From: Proteromonas lacertae | Taxonomy: Eukaryota | Reading direction: 5' to 3' | Assembly: GCA_002245135.1 (NCBI GenBank) | Contig: NGBS01000028.1 | Location: 1 to 48,125 of the forward strand | DNA: 48,125 nt | In this document: positions 35,908 through 48,125 of the stretch, piece after piece | How positions within the stretch are numbered: the first letter of the stretch is position 1 | How the letters are laid out: every line of letters starts with the position of its first letter | Translations under genes and position numbers: made by a program | Notes under the pieces: generated by a model | The model's input: only the letters and a program-made list of their open reading frames with translations | What the model was told of the DNA's origin: nothing | Databases searched by the model: none

Positions 35908-37482
35908 TTATTCTTCATAGTAAAAGCCAATTTCATTAAGTACATCATAACCATTCAAATTACCATAAAGTGCTATTATTTTTTTATCCAACACTATTTC
36001 AGATTTTTTATCATATGTTTTTATTTTACTCTCCAACAATCTACCTCTGGACGTTAAAAATGAAATATAAGTGAAACATTTTGTTTCTGGATTATAATTA
36101 ATATCTGTTGTTATTATTTTGATTAATTCTTCTTCATATAAATTGTATTCTACTAAATCAATCAACCCTCTATATGAAATTTTGGGTAATTCTGTAAAAT
36201 TGTCATATACTAAAGACACTCCAAATATGCAACTATCAGTGTTGTAAATTCTAATTGCATTCACTTTACTACCTTTCCTTCCTACGACTTCGTCAAAAAA
36301 ATCAAATGTTTTCTTCACTATACCACCACTTTTTATTAGCATACTTTTTCCAAATGTGTAATATTTAAGATAAGGATATCTTAAATCCTTAAACCCTAGT
36401 GGTCTGAATATTTTTGAACTTGGCATTTTCATTGTGACTTCAATGCTACTATTTATTTTTCTCGAATAGGATAACATGCTAAATGCATGAAATCCTGCTC
36501 TATGCACTGTTATAGTAAAATTCTTTAAGGTATTACTTGTAGATACTTCACCTATATTTTTATTCATATCGTCCAAATATAGAACTATATTATCTTCAGC
36601 TTTATATCTAAATATATAATCTCCTTGTTCTGGTAAATATAGGGAAGCAGTCCATTTACCATATTTTTTTTCTACATTACCTCCTATCATTAAACAAGGA
36701 CTATCAGCATTGCATTTATATATTGTTTCATTAAAAATGTTTGTATAATGAGTAATGTATGAGTCTTCGAAATTATTATATATTATTGGATATATTTTAT
36801 TATCCCATTCTGGCTGATCATAAGCAAATCTGGAAACAATACCATAACTTGCATTATCTGATGATGGATCAATAATATTATATATAATAGTAATTTTTAC
36901 ACTACCACCTCCAGGAATACCTTCAGCTTTTATTATTGCAGATTGATTAAAAGCTGGTTTTGCATTTTCTGCTGTTCCTCGTATTTCACCAGTTTCTTCG
37001 TTGATTTTAATATCATATGGTAATCCAACTACACTGAATTTTGTAACAACAGAATCACATGATGGTGGACGTATATAATTTGGGAAATTTATCATAAATT
37101 GCTTTATATTCACATCATATGTACAAGATGTTAATTGATTTATTTCCTTAATCATCAATCTAGCACGCATTTCACGATGATTGGTTTTTTCTGTTATTAT
37201 TACAACAGCATTGAATGTCTCACTTAAACTATTATTGAGTGTTCCATATATTATCCCGTTGCTATTGATCAATAACGAGTATGGTAAGTATTTTTCTACA
37301 CGAATAGATTTAACTTCAAAGTCACAAATTAATCGTGAGGATGATGTATAAACTCCCTTAATAACATACAGTATTGGATTTTCATAACTGCAATAATAAC
37401 AATTTACTATAGAAATATATATTATATATAGAAATATACCACTAACAAACAATAAGAAAAATAGTAATAGCGTTATCTTCAT
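35908..37482 (-). CDS. Secreted Ig-like + PA14-like + jacalin-like protein, copy B
   Basis: Translation identical to 23915-25489. Confidence 0.8.
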   Translation of the reverse strand: MKITLLLFFLLFVSGIFLYIIYISIVNCYYCSYENPILYVIKGVYTSSSRLICDFEVKSIRVEKYLPYSLLINSNGIIYGTLNNSLSETFNAVVIITEKTNHREMRARLMIKEINQLTSCTYDVNIKQFMINFPNYIRPPSCDSVVTKFSVVGLPYDIKINEETGEIRGTAENAKPAFNQSAIIKAEGIPGGGSVKITIIYNIIDPSSDNASYGIVSRFAYDQPEWDNKIYPIIYNNFEDSYITHYTNIFNETIYKCNADSPCLMIGGNVEKKYGKWTASLYLPEQGDYIFRYKAEDNIVLYLDDMNKNIGEVSTSNTLKNFTITVHRAGFHAFSMLSYSRKINSSIEVTMKMPSSKIFRPLGFKDLRYPYLKYYTFGKSMLIKSGGIVKKTFDFFDEVVGRKGSKVNAIRIYNTDSCIFGVSLVYDNFTELPKISYRGLIDLVEYNLYEEELIKIITTDINYNPETKCFTYISFLTSRGRLLESKIKTYDKKSEIVLDKKIIALYGNLNGYDVLNEIGFYYEE

Positions 37483-37628
37483 TGCTTTTATTATATACTT
37501 CTTTAAATAGGAAACCTATACTACGAAGATAGACCAATTAAAACTATCATCTTTAGATTTTACGTATAGCTATTGGATAAATTCAAAATAGAATCATTGG
37601 TGCAGAAAACAAACCAAAAATATTTTTT

Positions 37629-40434
37629 ATGATGAAATTTATAGTGTTATGTATAATCTGTATGGTTAATATTGTTATAAATGAATAGTACTTAATATAA
37701 CACCTTCATTGTGTGTTGGTAATTTTAAGTATGAAGGTAGTAATCCATATTTGAGAGTTGGAGAACAAGCTCCAGTAAATAAACCAATTGATTCAAAAGT
37801 AGGTCTATATGTTGCTGATAAGAAACTGCCAGAAGGTTTATTTCTTGAACCGAACACTGGATATATTTCTGGAGTTCCAAATGCTGAATCAAGGGGATAT
37901 TACACCATAATATATAATGCAGGTAAAGAAGATGCTGCTGTTTGCAGAATAAAAATTGTTTGTATGTTAATTTAATAATAATAGACTTTATTTTTCCTAG
38001 GCATGTCTGCTCCTATTATAAATTGTGGTGTAACAAAACTTACTACTGTATCTCTCATCAATACAATTATAGTGTGTACTTCAACAAGTGAAATTGCTGA
38101 AAGTGGTTGGTCAATTTCACCAAAAGATATAAAAAATATAACCCAAGTTGGTCCTTATTTGAGATTTGATAATTTCGATCCTCAAACCAACTTGAAAATC
38201 ACAATAAATGCAACAAATGAAATAGGCAGTGGAAGTTTTGACATTGAAATTGTAAAAGTTGAAAATCCTGAATTAAATGATGGTATTTATGTTAGACTCA
38301 ATGATTTGGAAACAACCAAATGTGGTGATTATTATGATGGTGTAGCTGTTTATAATTTCTATGAAGGTGCAATGAATAATTTATCTGGATTAACTGAGTT
38401 TGAACAATGGAAAAGTAAGATGGATATATCTGTTTCAGGTGTAATAACATCATTTAATGGCACAATGAATGGATTTATTGATATTGAAACAGCTGGTGAA
38501 TATACATTCTATATGCAAACTGGTAATGAAATGAATGCTAGAGTGTTTATTGATGATGTAAAAGTGTTATCAGATTGGGGTGGGTGTAAATCATTTAATG
38601 AATCATTACAATCATCCAAAGTGAAACTAGAGAGTGGTTTGCGAAGAGTATTAATCGAATTTATGGGAGGTGAAGGATTAGATTTCCACTTTGTATTTGA
38701 CTATTCAACACCAGATAGTTCAACAAGAAAAACAATTCCATTTAAATATTATAAATCATTTTTTGATCCAGTAATATTTTTATCTGTTGATTCTTTAGAA
38801 GTTAGTTGGTTATATGATGCTTTCAGTTTAACTCCAATTCATGCTGAAAGAGGTAAAGCTGATAGTTGTTGGATTAGTAATAATGCTCAATTACCTGAAG
38901 GATCAGAAGTAACAGTTGATGGTATAAAAGGCCATCCGCAATCTGAAATGGACCAAACAGAATATAAAGTGAAATGTAAAAATCGAGATAGTGAAACAAA
39001 TGAAATAACAATAAAACTTCGTGTAACAAAGAAAACGATAGAAGGAGTTCTATCTTATTATTATAAACCTCATAATTTTGATACAAGTTTATTTACCAAA
39101 TATGGACCAAATGTAGATGGTTTAGAAGCATCTTACATTCAAAAGCAAGATCAGCCGTTTATAGAAGAAACTCAAGAAAAACCTCATCCTGAAGGATTGA
39201 GTATAGAATTTCTTGATGATTATGGTGTTTATTGGGAAGGTTATCTTCATCCACAAAAAGAAGATATTGGTATAAACAAATTCAAAGTAAGTGCTGCTGG
39301 TGGTTATTGGATTTATATTGATAATAAAGAAATATTATCTAAACCAGGAAGAAATAATATTGAAGATCCAAGTTATTTTGATTATAATTTAACTGATGAT
39401 TCATTCTTTGTTCAAATATATTATGTTTCACATCAAGGTCATGCTTGTTTCAAGTTCTCCTGGAAGAAATCAAGTCAAATTGAAGATGATTATAGTGATT
39501 TCCTTCCATTTAGATATATTCCAGTAAATGATTATTTTATGATGAGTCAAAGTACAGCAACTTATCTAAAAGGTCAAGTAGTAGAAAATAAAGCAATTCC
39601 AGTTGAAGATTTTGATTGTAAAGATGTAAAAGTTAATCCTCCATTACCAGATGGTTTAGAAGCTCATTGTTCAAATAATCCATTCAATCCCGTAATAATA
39701 GCAGGAACTCCAACATCAGAAAGATTTATTGAAATGAAAGAACATACAGTAACAGTAACAAGTTCAAAAGATAAATCTGTTTCAACAAGCATTTATATTT
39801 CTATAAAACGTATAATTTATGTAATAACTATTGTTTAAATAGCTGTTGAATCACCATCTGGTTTTTATGTTTTAGATCTTCAAAGTGGAAAGAAATATAG
39901 TGATGAGATTACTTTAGTTGTAGGTGAATTCTATGATCTTCAATTCCATGTAGAAAGTGGATATGTAATTTCATTTGGTATAGAGAATATTCCAGTTGGA
40001 TTTACATTTAATTGGGAAAGTTCAACCCTTTCTGGTAGTCCTAGAGAAGAATTAAATACAAGAGTAATAGTAAATGCTTATGTTCTTCCATCTGATGGTG
40101 ATAATAAAGAATTCTCATTTAAAATAAAAGCAGCTAATTCTTGTGAAAGTGGCAAAAGACATTTATTTCATTTTAGTAATGATTTTGTTGATAATGGACA
40201 ATTTTTGACGCTTATAGTTACATCATCTAATAATAGCGTGGTATTTGATGTAATTGAAAGAGAAACAGTTAGTTTACCTCGTAGTTACAGTAAATGCCTT
40301 CCAGAAGATACCTATAAAATAGTAGTAAGTGGAAAATTTGATTATTATTTAACAATTTATAATAATGGTAGAAGAATCTATAGACTTTATGCTAATTATC
40401 CTGATGCTGAATCTCAAACTGTTAGACTAAATAC

Positions 40435-40469
<35 letters not shown>

Positions 40470-43400
40470 TATTAAATATTATAATTATTATTTGTAATAG
40501 AACCTGTTTTACCAAAATTCAAATATACAACAAATAATGTAACATATTATCAATCGAATCAAGTATTATTAATTCCATCTATTAACACGTTTATCGAATA
40601 TTTTACTATAACACCTTCTACATTACCAAAAGGTATTATATTTAACAATCTGACTGGCAGATTATATGGAAGAGCTGATGAAGTAACAAAGATAACAAAT
40701 TATAAAATCACAGCTCATAATGATAGAGGTCAAGTTTCATTTGATATGATAATAGAAGTTCTTCCAGATACACAAGAAGATGATTGTGATAATGCTGGAA
40801 AATTCTTAATTGGATTAACGCTAGTTAAAGGAAAATATGATAAACCTGGATATAAATTAATAAACTCTAAAGATGAAGTTGTGTATGAAAAAGTAGATAA
40901 TAATGTCATTGCATATCCTATTGATAGTGTTAAAATATGCATAGAAAAAGGAGTTTATACATTGAGATTGATTGATTTTGGTGGACGTGGATGGTTTGAA
41001 ACAAATATGACATTATCAGCAGGTAATTCAATTGTTGGAAGTTATACAATGTTTAGTGATGATAAAGGAGAAGTAAATGTAATTAAAGATTGTATATATA
41101 AATATAATTATTCATTTCTTTATTAAATAGTTAACTATCTGATTGATACTCATACTGAATGGAAATACAGTCAAGAATATATTCCAAATTGGGAATTTAA
41201 GAATGGTTCAGTTTCTTGGGAAAAAAGTACAATAAAAGAATTACCAAAACCAGAACAATCTAAACCAACATACTATTTGAGATATGCATTAGAATTCCCA
41301 AATTATAAAAATTATTCAGGATATTTAATTCGAATTAAACATAAATCAGGTGTAATAGTTCGAGTAAATGGAAGAGTAATATTTCGAGATAATTTACCAG
41401 ATGGAGATGTCGATGAAAATACACCAGGAGATACTGCTTATGAAAGATCCAAAGAAGAGAATTTCATATTACCTATTGATGATTTAAATGAAACAGCAAT
41501 AATAACATATGAAATTCATAAAAGTCCAAATGATGATAATTTCCCAAATGAAGATAAATTCTTTATATTCCCATTAGGAGATAATAATGAAAATTGTATT
41601 TTAGTAACACATTATGGAGGAAGAGTGACAGATTCATCAAGTGGAAAATATGGTAAAAATCTTGCGAATTATGCTGATACTGCTTTTGGCTTAAGAACAG
41701 GATATATGTGGAGAGATGATTATGGTACTGTAGATGGTTACTCATATGCAGATTATTCATTTGGTGAAAATAATCATTATGCTTTTAATCAGTTTACAAT
41801 CACATCTTATACTGATTCACCATATTGTTATCCAAAGAAAGTAAGATTAAGTGGTATGACAGATGAAGGAAATGTAGAAATAGGTTCATTAGATCCAGTT
41901 AATTACATGATTTTGAAGAAACATACACCAGGAAGAGCTACCTTCAATGTAGATCCCCATACGTTATATAAAAGCGTTAGGATAGATATACCAGAATCAA
42001 AATATTATGATGAAAATAATAAAGGAATGGATGTAATAGAAATTGGTTATAATTTATGTGTTAATAAGAAATGTCCTGTTAATCCTATCATAAATCTTCC
42101 AGAAGGAATATCTAATACATTCTTTAAAGCGAATTGTACAACTCCAAGTATATCTGGTGAAAGATATTTCTACTGTTCAAACTTTGGTCTTTGGATAGAA
42201 GTAAATACAACTTGTAATGAACCTCCCAAATTTATTAATACAGAAAAGACTTTTACTTTTGAAGTTGGAGTTACTTATTCAGATGAATCGATATATGAAG
42301 TGACAGGAAATCCAACAGAATATTATTTTAACTGCACTACTTGTGAAGCAGGTAAATTTATTCCTGGATTGGTATTTTATTCAAATTTCGGCTTAATATC
42401 TGGAACTCCAATTAAGAATGCAACATACATAGTAATCTGTACTGTTTCCAATGACTATGGCTCAGATAATATAACAATGACGATAATTGTCAAACCATCC
42501 AATAATATCATTGTATATAGATATAAGTTACAATTTGTAGCTAATATATATGAAGAAATTAAGGATTATCAATTATTTTGGGTTGAAAGTCCTTTTCCAG
42601 TGACATATAGTGTAGATGAACTTCCAGAAGGTTTTACATTAAATTCATCAACTGGTTTTCTTAGTGGTATGACAGTTACACCAATTTATAAAGATTATTT
42701 ATTTACTATAAAGAATACAGCTGGTCAACGAACTACAAGATCAATTGAATTTTTTATAGATGAACCTAACCTTGTAGTAATGGTTGAATCTGTAGATAAA
42801 TTAGAATTGGTTTATATGATGGATTATCAGAATCAATATCCTGTAGTGTGTTATGCTGAGAGATTAAGTTACAGTATTGATAAAGATTTACCTTATAATT
42901 TGACGTATGATATAGTAACAGGTGCAATGAGTGGAAAAGTAACAGCTCCAATTCAATCAGCTGTTAATTATACATTCTCATGTTCAGGTGAATATAATAC
43001 AATTTCCAAAACAATTCCAGTTTCAATAATTGAATCAGATGATCCAGTAATAATAAGTCAAAATGAATCTGTTACATTAATAGCAGGTGAAGAATTATTA
43101 AATGCTCAATTCTTTGTAGTAAGTGGAAATAATTTAGTTTATTCAATCACTCCATCATTACCAAATGGAATAACAATGGATTCAAAGAATGGAAGATTTA
43201 ATGGTTATGCCAAAACAGATAATCAAAATAAAACTTATACAATCAATGTATCAAATGGAAAAGTGTCAATTCAATTGAAAATGTCAATTGAAATAGTAAA
43301 GAGTGATAAACCAATAATTCCTGATTCAACTGTAAAAGTAGATGTAACAGTAGCAACAGGAACATTAGTGTCAATTCAATTATTTGATGTAGTTGGAGAT

Positions 43401-43898
43401 GGTTTATCAGTTTCAGTAAATCCACCATTACCAGATGGTTTTATGATTTATCCATCTGGTTATTTACAAGGAGTATCAGTTGTTGATGTTGAACCACAAG
43501 ATTATTTAATTACAGTAACAGATATGAATGGTAAATTAGCGAGTGTAACAATCACATTAGAATTTATAGCAAAGAAATGTTCAGCAAATGGTGGTTTTCC
43601 AGAAACTTTAGTAGGTGATAATGCTATAATGAAATGTGGAGGAGGTCGATCTGGTTATATAATGAGAAGATGTATTTATGTAGATGGAAATGCAGTTTGG
43701 CAGAATCCTATCGATGAATGTTCAGGAAGTATAGTTGGTGCATTAATTGGAATAATAATTGGTTGTATAATTGTCGGAGGAGTTTTATTTTTAGGAGGTT
43801 ATTGTATTTATGTTCGAATAGGTGGAAGAACAAAACATGTTCGAAAAACAACAGAGCATATAGTTGATGCTTTGAAAGATACAGGTGTAAGAATATAA
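37629..43898 (+). CDS. Large Ig/PA14 type I membrane surface protein, copy B (2021 aa after splicing)
   Basis: Starts MMKFIVLCIILLNITPSLC. Introns 37660-37688, 37962-38000, 39810-39842, 40437-40500 and 41092-41130 give 6066 nt in one frame. Confidence 0.9.
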
Positions 43899-44350
43899 TC
43901 ATTCTTCAATTAACTTTCATTATTATTATTATTTTATTCTCTCTCCTGTTATTAACACACTGAATATAAAACTAAATTATCACATCCAAACAAGATAATT
44001 ACAGTATTAGTTTTTCTTGTCACTCATTCTGTCCATATATATTATCACCTCTATATACTTGAGGAATATTATTACCACCTTCACTTGCACCATAAATCGG
44101 TCTAGAAGAGTAGATAGTCTACCATTAGCCACAAAAAATAATGTATATATTTAATCAAATGTAGTATACATTATTAAAACATTCATCAACACCATCACTC
44201 ATTTAAATCTTTACTTATCTCATAATCTGTAATTTTTGTTTATGATACTATAAAACGACTATAAATTTTGGAATTAATTGGGGGAATTCTAAATTTTTGG
44301 ATCAACTTCTATTTTGAATATTTCTCTATTCTTCAGTCAATAAGATATCT

Positions 44351-47300
44351 ATGTCTAATGAAACAGATTTATTTGTATGAGTGTTACCATGTATATTCTA
44401 TAAATAGAATAAAGATAGTATTGACTACTTAAAAGAAGTAGTTTCAATAATAGAAGATGTATAAAATAGAAAAAATGATAATATTAAATAGATAAGCCAT
44501 GATGATGTAAATATAGTGACAGATAGTAGAGAAAAGGATGAGATCGGTAAATGGCGAAAAACTGTAAGGAGTAGTTTAGAAAGTGGTGTAGATGAGAATA
44601 TTTTTGAAGAACCTATTGCTGTATACATAGTTTAAATATATAATAATAGAAGCAAGCTTTAAAATTACTAGATGAAGAATTAGAGAAAGTAGATAGTCGA
44701 TACAATGAATATATAATTACTACAAGTGAAATAGATCATAGTAGTGAGATAATGTACAGTCTATCTTTCTTGCCACTTCATTTATTCAGCGGAAATGAAG
44801 TTAGTTATTGGAACAACCAAATATGTGATTTTATTTTAAAAAATACAGAGTTTTTACATGAAGTATTAAAGACAACAGATGATCTATGCAGTGAAAATAG
44901 TAAAAAATCCCAACCATTCAAGCCAAGCTTAACTAAAAAAGACTTATTAAAGCCTTTAAGTAAGTTAAAATGTAAAGAATTAGTAAATTGTTGTTTAGAA
45001 TTGTTAAAATATGAATATAATCGTAGATGTAAATACATCGAAGAAAATGATGAATTTGATGAAAATTACAAAACTAATATTTCTAACCGTAATAAAAAGT
45101 TATATGAAAAACTAGTCAATAATTTAAGTAAAAATATTCCATCAGAAAGTGAAATTGAAGAAGAAATAATGAGTAATTATAATAATAATAAAACTAACGA
45201 TGATAAAAATATAAATAAGAATAAAAATCAATCAAATTTTAGTTGTTTTAGCTGTATATTTTGTATTAACACAAGTGAAGATAAAGAAGGAGATAAGGCA
45301 AAGAGAATAAGTGAAGTAATATATGAAGAAGAAGATGAAGACGAAGAAGAAGATGATGATGATGAAGAAAAAGAAAAAGAGAATGAAATAGAAAATAAAC
45401 AACAACAACAACAACAACAACCTAAAACTATTCATTATATATATAACAGTGATTGTCTTTACATTAATGATGTAAACTATGACACTGATAATCAAATATC
45501 ATTTCTATTGAATGTAATGAAAAAAATAACTACTAATAGTGAAAGTAAAATCAAAAATTCGAATGAATATAATAACCAACAACAACAACAATTGGAGAAT
45601 GATATATCCGTTTTAAATGATAGTTTGCCACATCGAGCCGTATCTCTAATTACTACATATAAGAATCTATTCTTTATTGATCCAGTAGTTATTCAAATAT
45701 GTTATTTATTGTTACTAAGTAATGGATTTATTGATCATGTTGCTACTCCATGTGATGCTATTTTAGAAGATATTTATAATGAAACTGATATAGCTAAAAT
45801 CCTAACAAGTTCATTCTATAAATATATAAATGAATTAAAGAGTAGATTAGATAGTTTATTGAAAAAAGAAAGTAAAAAATTGATTATAAATCAACATAAG
45901 AAATATATTAAAACTATCTATGATGATATAATAGAAGGTTTAGAATATTCAATGCATTATTTATACTTACTCCCACGACAATATGCTGCAATAATATTTA
46001 GAGAATTGATGATAATATTTGAATTAATATGGGAAGTAAAGAATAAAGTATTATTGTCAAATAATAATAATGAATCAACATCTACTCCAGTACAGCAATG
46101 GATTCAACAAAGTACACTTTATACTGATATACGAATACATTATCATAATATATGGAAGAAAACAAATTTAAATATTGTATTAGCTGATATATATAATGAA
46201 GAAGAAGAGGAAATTATCAAAATATGTATATCAAATGAAACAAGTGTAGAAGTTGAATTAACTCCAATGAATTATATAATTAAAAGGAAAGTGGACAATA
46301 TCAATAGTAATTTCTATTATTATGGTGGTGGTAGAAGAAGTAGTGAAATAATATTACTAAATGAAGAAGAAGAACCAAAAATAAAAGAAGAAAATAAGAA
46401 TGAAAATAGTGAAGATGAAAATGATAATTTTTTTGGATATAAAATAAAATCAATTAAATATAATAGTGGTAATTATGACTACAATATGAGAGTTGGTGAT
46501 ATAATATTAAGTTATGGAACAAATAATGCAAATGTTCTACTAACAAAACATACTCTAAAGTCATTGGAAACTTTATTTATCCAATCATATTCACCTATTT
46601 CTATTATATTGTTAATTAAAAAAGATATTAACAGTAACAATAATGATAATAATAGTCGTTACATTCCATTATCTTTATTTAGTTTAGGATGTATAACTCA
46701 TGAGTTATTATATTCAATGGAAAGTATGGTTACTTTTGATGAAACAAGAATATTTGATAAGTTTTTTCCTAATGAAGATGTATTTTATAATTTATCAAGT
46801 TGGTGTTATATTTCTGAATATAGAAAAGATATAGAATATATTATTAAATATTCATATTATTTCCATGATGGTTATAATCCTTTTATATCTTTTCTGTTAA
46901 CAGAAATTCAAGGATTTTTACATAAATATGGTAATGAATTGAAAATCAATGATTTATTCATAAAGTTATACAATATATTTTGTTATAATTATATCTATGG
47001 AACAAATTATCGTATTAAGAATTTGTATATGAATGAAATAATAAATAATGAGTCGTTTCTAACAATATCTAAAAAGGAAAGACATTCTTTATCAGTTGCC
47101 AATCAGATTAAATGGTTAATAATGTACAGTTTTAATACATACTTATCATTCTTTGTAGAATCAACAGTTGATAAAATATTCTTATTTTGTAATTATTTAA
47201 TATCAGATACTGTACTGAGTTATATGAATGAAATTACGATGATTGGAAAGGATATATTGAAAAATGAACAGTTTAATGAAATTTATAAACCAAAATTAAT

Positions 47301-48110
47301 ACAACAACAAAATAATAATAATAATGAAGATAATGATAATAATGATGAGAATAAAGAGATTTATAAATATTTTATCATCATTAACAATTTACATGTTTGT
47401 AGACATCATATTAATGATTTATTTGAGTTTATAATAACTGAATTGAATGATACATCTGAATCTGTATATATTATATATCATTATTTATGTTATTTATAGA
47501 AAATTGATAGTATAGTTGTTCCTGATGAATTACCTCATGATAATGATGAAATGTGGGATAGACAGTTGTATATATCTTATTATTATTATATTATATTAAT
47601 AGATTTGGTATAAATGGTGATGAATGTCATTTTTCGCAAGACTTTGAAGTTCTTTCAATAGAAATAATCGAAACAAACCTTATGAAAGAAAGTGAAATAT
47701 TATCTAATTATTTATTTGAATTTCTGATTGGTGATTCTTATGAGAACATTAATAAAGGAATTTATACAAAACATTCCACTTTTTATCCAATTCAATTACC
47801 TCCATTTAATTGGGGAATATTAGAAGATAATACAAAGACAATATGTATTGTGGTAAGAATAATAGAGGCCGAAACAATGAATATGATATTTGAGAATCAC
47901 TTCAAAATTGATATGTCAAAATTTAAGAATGAAATAAATGTGAATGGAAAAATCAATTATGATAAAGAGTTTGAATTAAATTTGAATTTGAAATTGAAGT
48001 TCAGTCATATAAAACTAGCAGAAAAGAGTGATAGTTTAATAAACAAAGCAATAAATGAAATGTTACTGAATTATATAAAAGAATATGAAGTAAAGGTGAT
48101 TAATCAATAA
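44351..48110 (+). CDS. Large multi-exon protein of unknown function (weak PDZ-like segment, helical); may continue beyond the window
   Basis: ATG at 44351 and small introns (~44375-44407, 44459-44491, 44621-44649, 47464-47499, ~47568-47602) link to the 915-aa and 142-aa ORFs. Low-complexity N/E/Q tracts. GYKIKSIKYNS...MRVGDIILSYG is PDZ-like. Confidence 0.7.
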
Positions 48111-48125
48111 TAAAGTTATATGGGA

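Larger units (their letters stand above)
33147..44018. repeat. Right arm of ~10.9-kb inverted duplication
   Basis: Reverse complement of 17375-28254. Confidence 0.97.

Noticed and set aside
2304..43898. Stop codons created by polyadenylation (known in Blastocystis)
   Set aside because: Every intact gene modelled here has a genomic stop codon, so there is no case to support it.
17375..44018. Inverted repeat as a simple fold-back read artefact
   Set aside because: The arms differ by codon-sensible substitutions and microsatellite lengths and enclose a unique 4.9-kb spacer. Read confirmation is still needed.
2432..45495. Many short ORFs antisense to or overlapping real genes (e.g. 3104-3532, 5669-6014, 6500-6793, 17497-17775, 45232-45495)
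   Set aside because: They are shadow frames of AT-rich coding sequence with low-complexity L/F/S translations.

Overview
Very AT-rich eukaryotic DNA with tiny GT..AG introns (mostly 27-42 nt). Gene content and intron size suggest an anaerobic gut stramenopile (Blastocystis/Proteromonas-like); this is an inference. Region 1-10.8 kb: a decayed surface-protein paralog, then compact housekeeping genes (kinesin-2, succinyl-CoA ligase alpha, a CCHC/RGG/FoP protein, a GT61 glycosyltransferase, a SANT-MINDY deubiquitinase, ASF1). Region 11.8-17.3 kb: an intronless orphan ORF and a decayed M11-like metalloprotease gene. That gene is split by a 2.17-kb DNA transposon with CTGAGTTRC..GTAACTCAG ends, a 12-bp target-site duplication and a 78-bp self-contained right-end unit that directly repeats the element's own left end. 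Region 17.4-44.0 kb: two ~10.9-kb inverted arms. Each arm holds a ~2020-aa Ig/PA14 transmembrane surface protein gene, a divergent Ig-PA14-jacalin lectin gene and an orphan 3' cassette of the surface gene, and the copies show patchwork sequence exchange. The 4.9-kb spacer holds a second copy of the transposon, a PWWP-PHD gene and a decayed CBP/p300-like gene. A large gene of unknown function runs to the window end.
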